From: the human T2T-CHM13v2.0 reference genome, Homo sapiens
Assembly: GCF_009914755.1 (NCBI RefSeq)
Contig: NC_060946.1
Length of the DNA stretch: 64,000 bases
Reading direction: 5' to 3' (one strand)
Position numbers and translations under genes: made by a program
Shown: piece by piece, positions 59,737 through 64,000 of the stretch
Layout of the letters: each line of letters begins with the position of its first letter
Position numbering within the stretch: position 1 is the first letter of the stretch
Notes under the pieces: generated by a model
Databases searched by the model: none
What the model saw: only the letters and a program-made list of their open reading frames with translations
What the model was told of the DNA's origin: nothing

Positions 59737-60510
59737 ATCCTGCTGACTCTGGAAAGCCCGGCGCCTTGTGATCCATTGCAAACCGAGAGTCACCTCGTGT
59801 TTAGAACACGGATCCACTCCCAAGTTCAGTGGGGGGATGTGAGGGGTGTGGCAGGTAGGACGAAGGACTCTCTTCCTTCTGATTCGGTCTGCACAGTGGG
59901 GCCTAGGGCTGGAGCTCTCTCCGTGCGGACCGCTGACTCCCTCTACCTTGGGTTCCCTCGGCCCCACCCTGGAACGCCGGGCCTTGGCAGATTCTGGCCC
60001 TTCCTGGCCCTTCAGTCGCTGTCAGAAACCCCATCTCATGCTCGGATGCCCCGAGTGACTGTGGCTCGCACCTCTCCGGAAACATTGGAAATCTCTCCTC
60101 TACGCGCGGCCACCTGAAACCACAGGAGCTCGGGACACACGTGCTTTCGGGAGAGAATGCTGAGAGTCTCTTGCCGACTCTCTCTTGACTTGAGTTCTTC
60201 GTGGGTGCGTGGTTAAGACGTAGTGAGACCAGATGTATTAACTCAGGCCGGGTGCTGGTGGCTCACGCCTGTAACCCCAACACTTTGGGAGGCCGAGGCC
60301 GTAGGATCCCTCGAGGAATCGCCTAACCCTGGGGAGGTTGAGGTTGCAGTGAGTGAGCCATAGTTGTGTCACTGTGCTCCAGTCTGGGCGAAAGACAGAA
60401 TGAGGCCCTGCCACAGGCAGGCAGGCAGGCAGGCAGGCAGAAAGACAACAGCTGTATTATGTTCTTCTCAGGGTAGGAAGCAAAAATAACAGAATACAGC
60501 ACTTAATTAA

Positions 60511-60633
<123 letters not shown>

Positions 60634-60855
60634 TGAGTAGCTGGGATTACAGGGAGGAGCCACCACACCCGGCTGATTTTGTATTGTTAGTAGAGACGGC
60701 ATTTCTCCATGTGGGTCAGGCTGGTCTCGAACTGGCGACCCCAGTGGATCTGCCCGCCCCGGCCTCCCAAAGTGCTGGGGTGACAGGCGTGAGCCATCGT
60801 GACTGGCCGGCTACGTTTATTTATTTATTTTTTTAATTATTTTACTTTTTTTTAG

Positions 60856-61114
<259 letters not shown>

Positions 61115-62367
61115 TAGCCAGGATGGTCTCGATCTCCTGACCCCGTGATCCGTCCACCTCGGCCTCCCAAAGTGCTGGGATGACAGGCGTGAGCCACCGC
61201 CCCCGGCCTATTTATCTATTTATTAACTTTGAGTCCAGGTTATGAAACCAGTTAGTTTTTGTAATTTTTTTTTTTTTTTTTTTTTTTTGAGACGAGGTTT
61301 CACCGTGTTGCCAAGGCTTGGACCGAGGGATCCACCGGCCCTCGGCCTCCCAAAAGTGCGGGGATGACAGGCGCGAGCCTACCGCGCCCGGACCCCCCCT
61401 TTCCCCTTCCCCCGCTTGTCTTCCCGACAGACAGTTTCACGGCAGAGCGTTTGGCTGGCGTGCTTAAACTCATTCTAAATAGAAATTTGGGACGTCAGCT
61501 TCTGGCCTCACGGACTCTGAGCCGAGGAGTCCCCTGGTCTGTCTATCACAGGACCGTACACGTAAGGAGGAGAAAAATCGTAACGTTCAAAGTCAGTCAT
61601 TTTGTGATACAGAAATACACGGATTCACCCAAAACACAGAAACCAGTCTTTTAGAAATGGCCTTAGCCCTGGTGTCCGTGCCAGTGATTCTTTTCGGTTT
61701 GGACCTTGACTGAGAGGATTCCCAGTCGGTCTCTCGTCTCTGGACGGAAGTTCCAGATGATCCGATGGGTGGGGGACTTAGGCTGCGTCCCCCCAGGAGC
61801 CCTGGTCGATTAGTTGTGGGGATCGCCTTGGAGGGCGCGGTGACCCACTGTGCTGTGGGAGCCTCCATCCTTCCCCCCACCCCCTCCCCAGGGGATCCCA
61901 ATTCATTCCGGGCTGACACGCTCACTGGCAGGCGTCGGGCATCACCTAGCGGTCACTGTTACTCTGAAAACGGAGGCCTCACAGAGGAAGGGAGCACCAG
62001 GCCGCCTGCGCACAGCCTGGGGCAACTGTGTCTTCTCCACCGCCCCCGCCCCCACCTCCAAGTTCCTCCCTCCCTTGTTGCCTAGGAAATCGCCACTTTG
62101 ACGACCGGGTCTGATTGACCTTTGATCAGGCAAAAACGAACAAACAGATAAATAAATAAAATAACACAAAAGTAACTAACTAAATAAAATAAGTCAATAC
62201 AACCCATTACAATACAATAAGATACGATACGATAGGATGCGATAGGATACGATAGGATACAATACAATAGGATACGATACAATACAATACAATACAATAC
62301 AATACAATACAATACAATACAATACAATACAATACAATACGCCGGGCGCGGTGGCTCATGCCTGTCA

Positions 62368-62619
<252 letters not shown>

Positions 62620-62891
62620 TCAAAAATAAATACATAAATAAATACATACATACATACATACATACATACATACATACATACATAAATTAAAATAAATAAA
62701 TAAAATAAAATAAATAAATGGGCCCTGCGCGGTGGCTCAAGCCTGTCATCCCCTCACTTTGGGAGGCCAAGGCCGGTGGATCAAGAGGCGGTCAGACCAA
62801 CAGGGCCAGTATGGTGAAACCCCGTCTCTACTCACAATACACAACATTAGCCGGGCGCTGTGCTGTGCTGTACTGTCTGTAATCCCAGCTA

Positions 62892-63185
<294 letters not shown>

Positions 63186-63457
63186 TTAACTTCATTTTAT
63201 GTTATTATCATGATTGATGTTTCGAGACGGAGTCTCGGAGGCCCGCCCTCCCTGGTTGCCCAGACAACCCCGGGAGACAGACCCTGGCTGGGCCCGATTG
63301 TTCTTCTCCTTGGTCAGGGGTTTCCTTGTCTTTCTTCGTGTCTTTAACCCGCGTGGACTCTTCCGCTCGGGTTTGACAGATGGCAGCTCCACTTTAGGCC
63401 TTGTTGTTGTTGGGGACTTTCCTGATTCTCCCCAGATGTAGTGAAAGCAGGTAGATT

Positions 63458-63487
63458 TGCCTTGCCTGGACTTGCCTGGCCTTGCCT
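63458..63487 (+). promoter_or_regulatory. RGC p53 response element (next unit)
   Basis: Identical to 20082-20111. Confidence 0.85.
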
Positions 63488-64000
63488 TTTCTTTCTTTCT
63501 TTCTTTATTACTTTCTCTTTTTCTTCTTCTTCTTCTTCTTCTTCTTCTTCTTCTTCTTCTTCTTCTTCTTCTTCTTCTTCTTCTTCTTCTTTTTTTTTTG
63601 AGACAGAGTTTCACTCTTGTTGCCCAGGCTAGAGGGCAATGGCGCGATCTCGGCTCACCGCACCCTCCGCCTCCCAGGTTCAAGCGATTCTCCTGCCTCA
63701 GCCTCCTGATTAGCTGGGATTACAGGCATGGGCCACCGTGCCTGGCTGATGTTTGTACTTTTAGTAGAGACGGTGTTTTTCCATGTTGGTCAGGCTGGTC
63801 TCCCACTCCCAACCTCAGGTGGTCCGCCTGCCTTAGCCTCCCAAAGTGCTGGGATGACAGGCGTGAGCCACCGCGCCCAGCCTCTCTCTCTCTCTCTCTC
63901 TCTCTCTCGCTCGCTTGCTTGCTTTCGTGCTTTCTTGCTTTCCCGTTTTCTTGCTTTCTTTCTTTCTTTCGTTTCTTTCTTGCTTGCTTTCTTGCTTGCT

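Overview
Human 45S/47S ribosomal DNA tandem array (acrocentric NOR), about 1.5 repeat units with a period of 43,376 bp. One complete transcription unit lies on the + strand: TSS 23390, 5'ETS, 18S 27051-28919, ITS1, 5.8S 29994-30150, ITS2, 28S 31319-36391, 3'ETS and a Sal-box terminator cluster. It is flanked by intergenic spacer (IGS) carrying the 4.4-4.6 kb long repeats with CT-rich tracts, many Alus, microsatellites, a CDC27 retrocopy, the RGC p53 element, a CTCF motif and a spacer promoter/terminator. Positions 1-20624 recur at 43377-64000 with no net indel. No real protein-coding gene is present; the long ORFs are low-complexity or GC-rich artefacts. Main second-look observations: (1) a degenerate, non-Alu element with conserved RFX X-box-like and TCF-like motifs sits at about the IGS28 and IGS38 positions reported for nucleolar Pol II; (2) a recurrent TTA>TGA / TpA-loss substitution pattern is shared by independent Alus and the CDC27 retrocopy; (3) the CDC27 retrocopy is TSD-bounded and looks like a copy of an intron-terminated, intronically polyadenylated isoform; (4) the annotated miR-6724-5p sequence ends just before the spacer terminator; (5) only one Sal-box (R) repeat is present; (6) the CT tracts hide an A/B higher-order repeat. 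Comparisons to reference sequences (CDC27 protein, Alu consensus, miRBase, rRNA) are from memory and need confirming by alignment.
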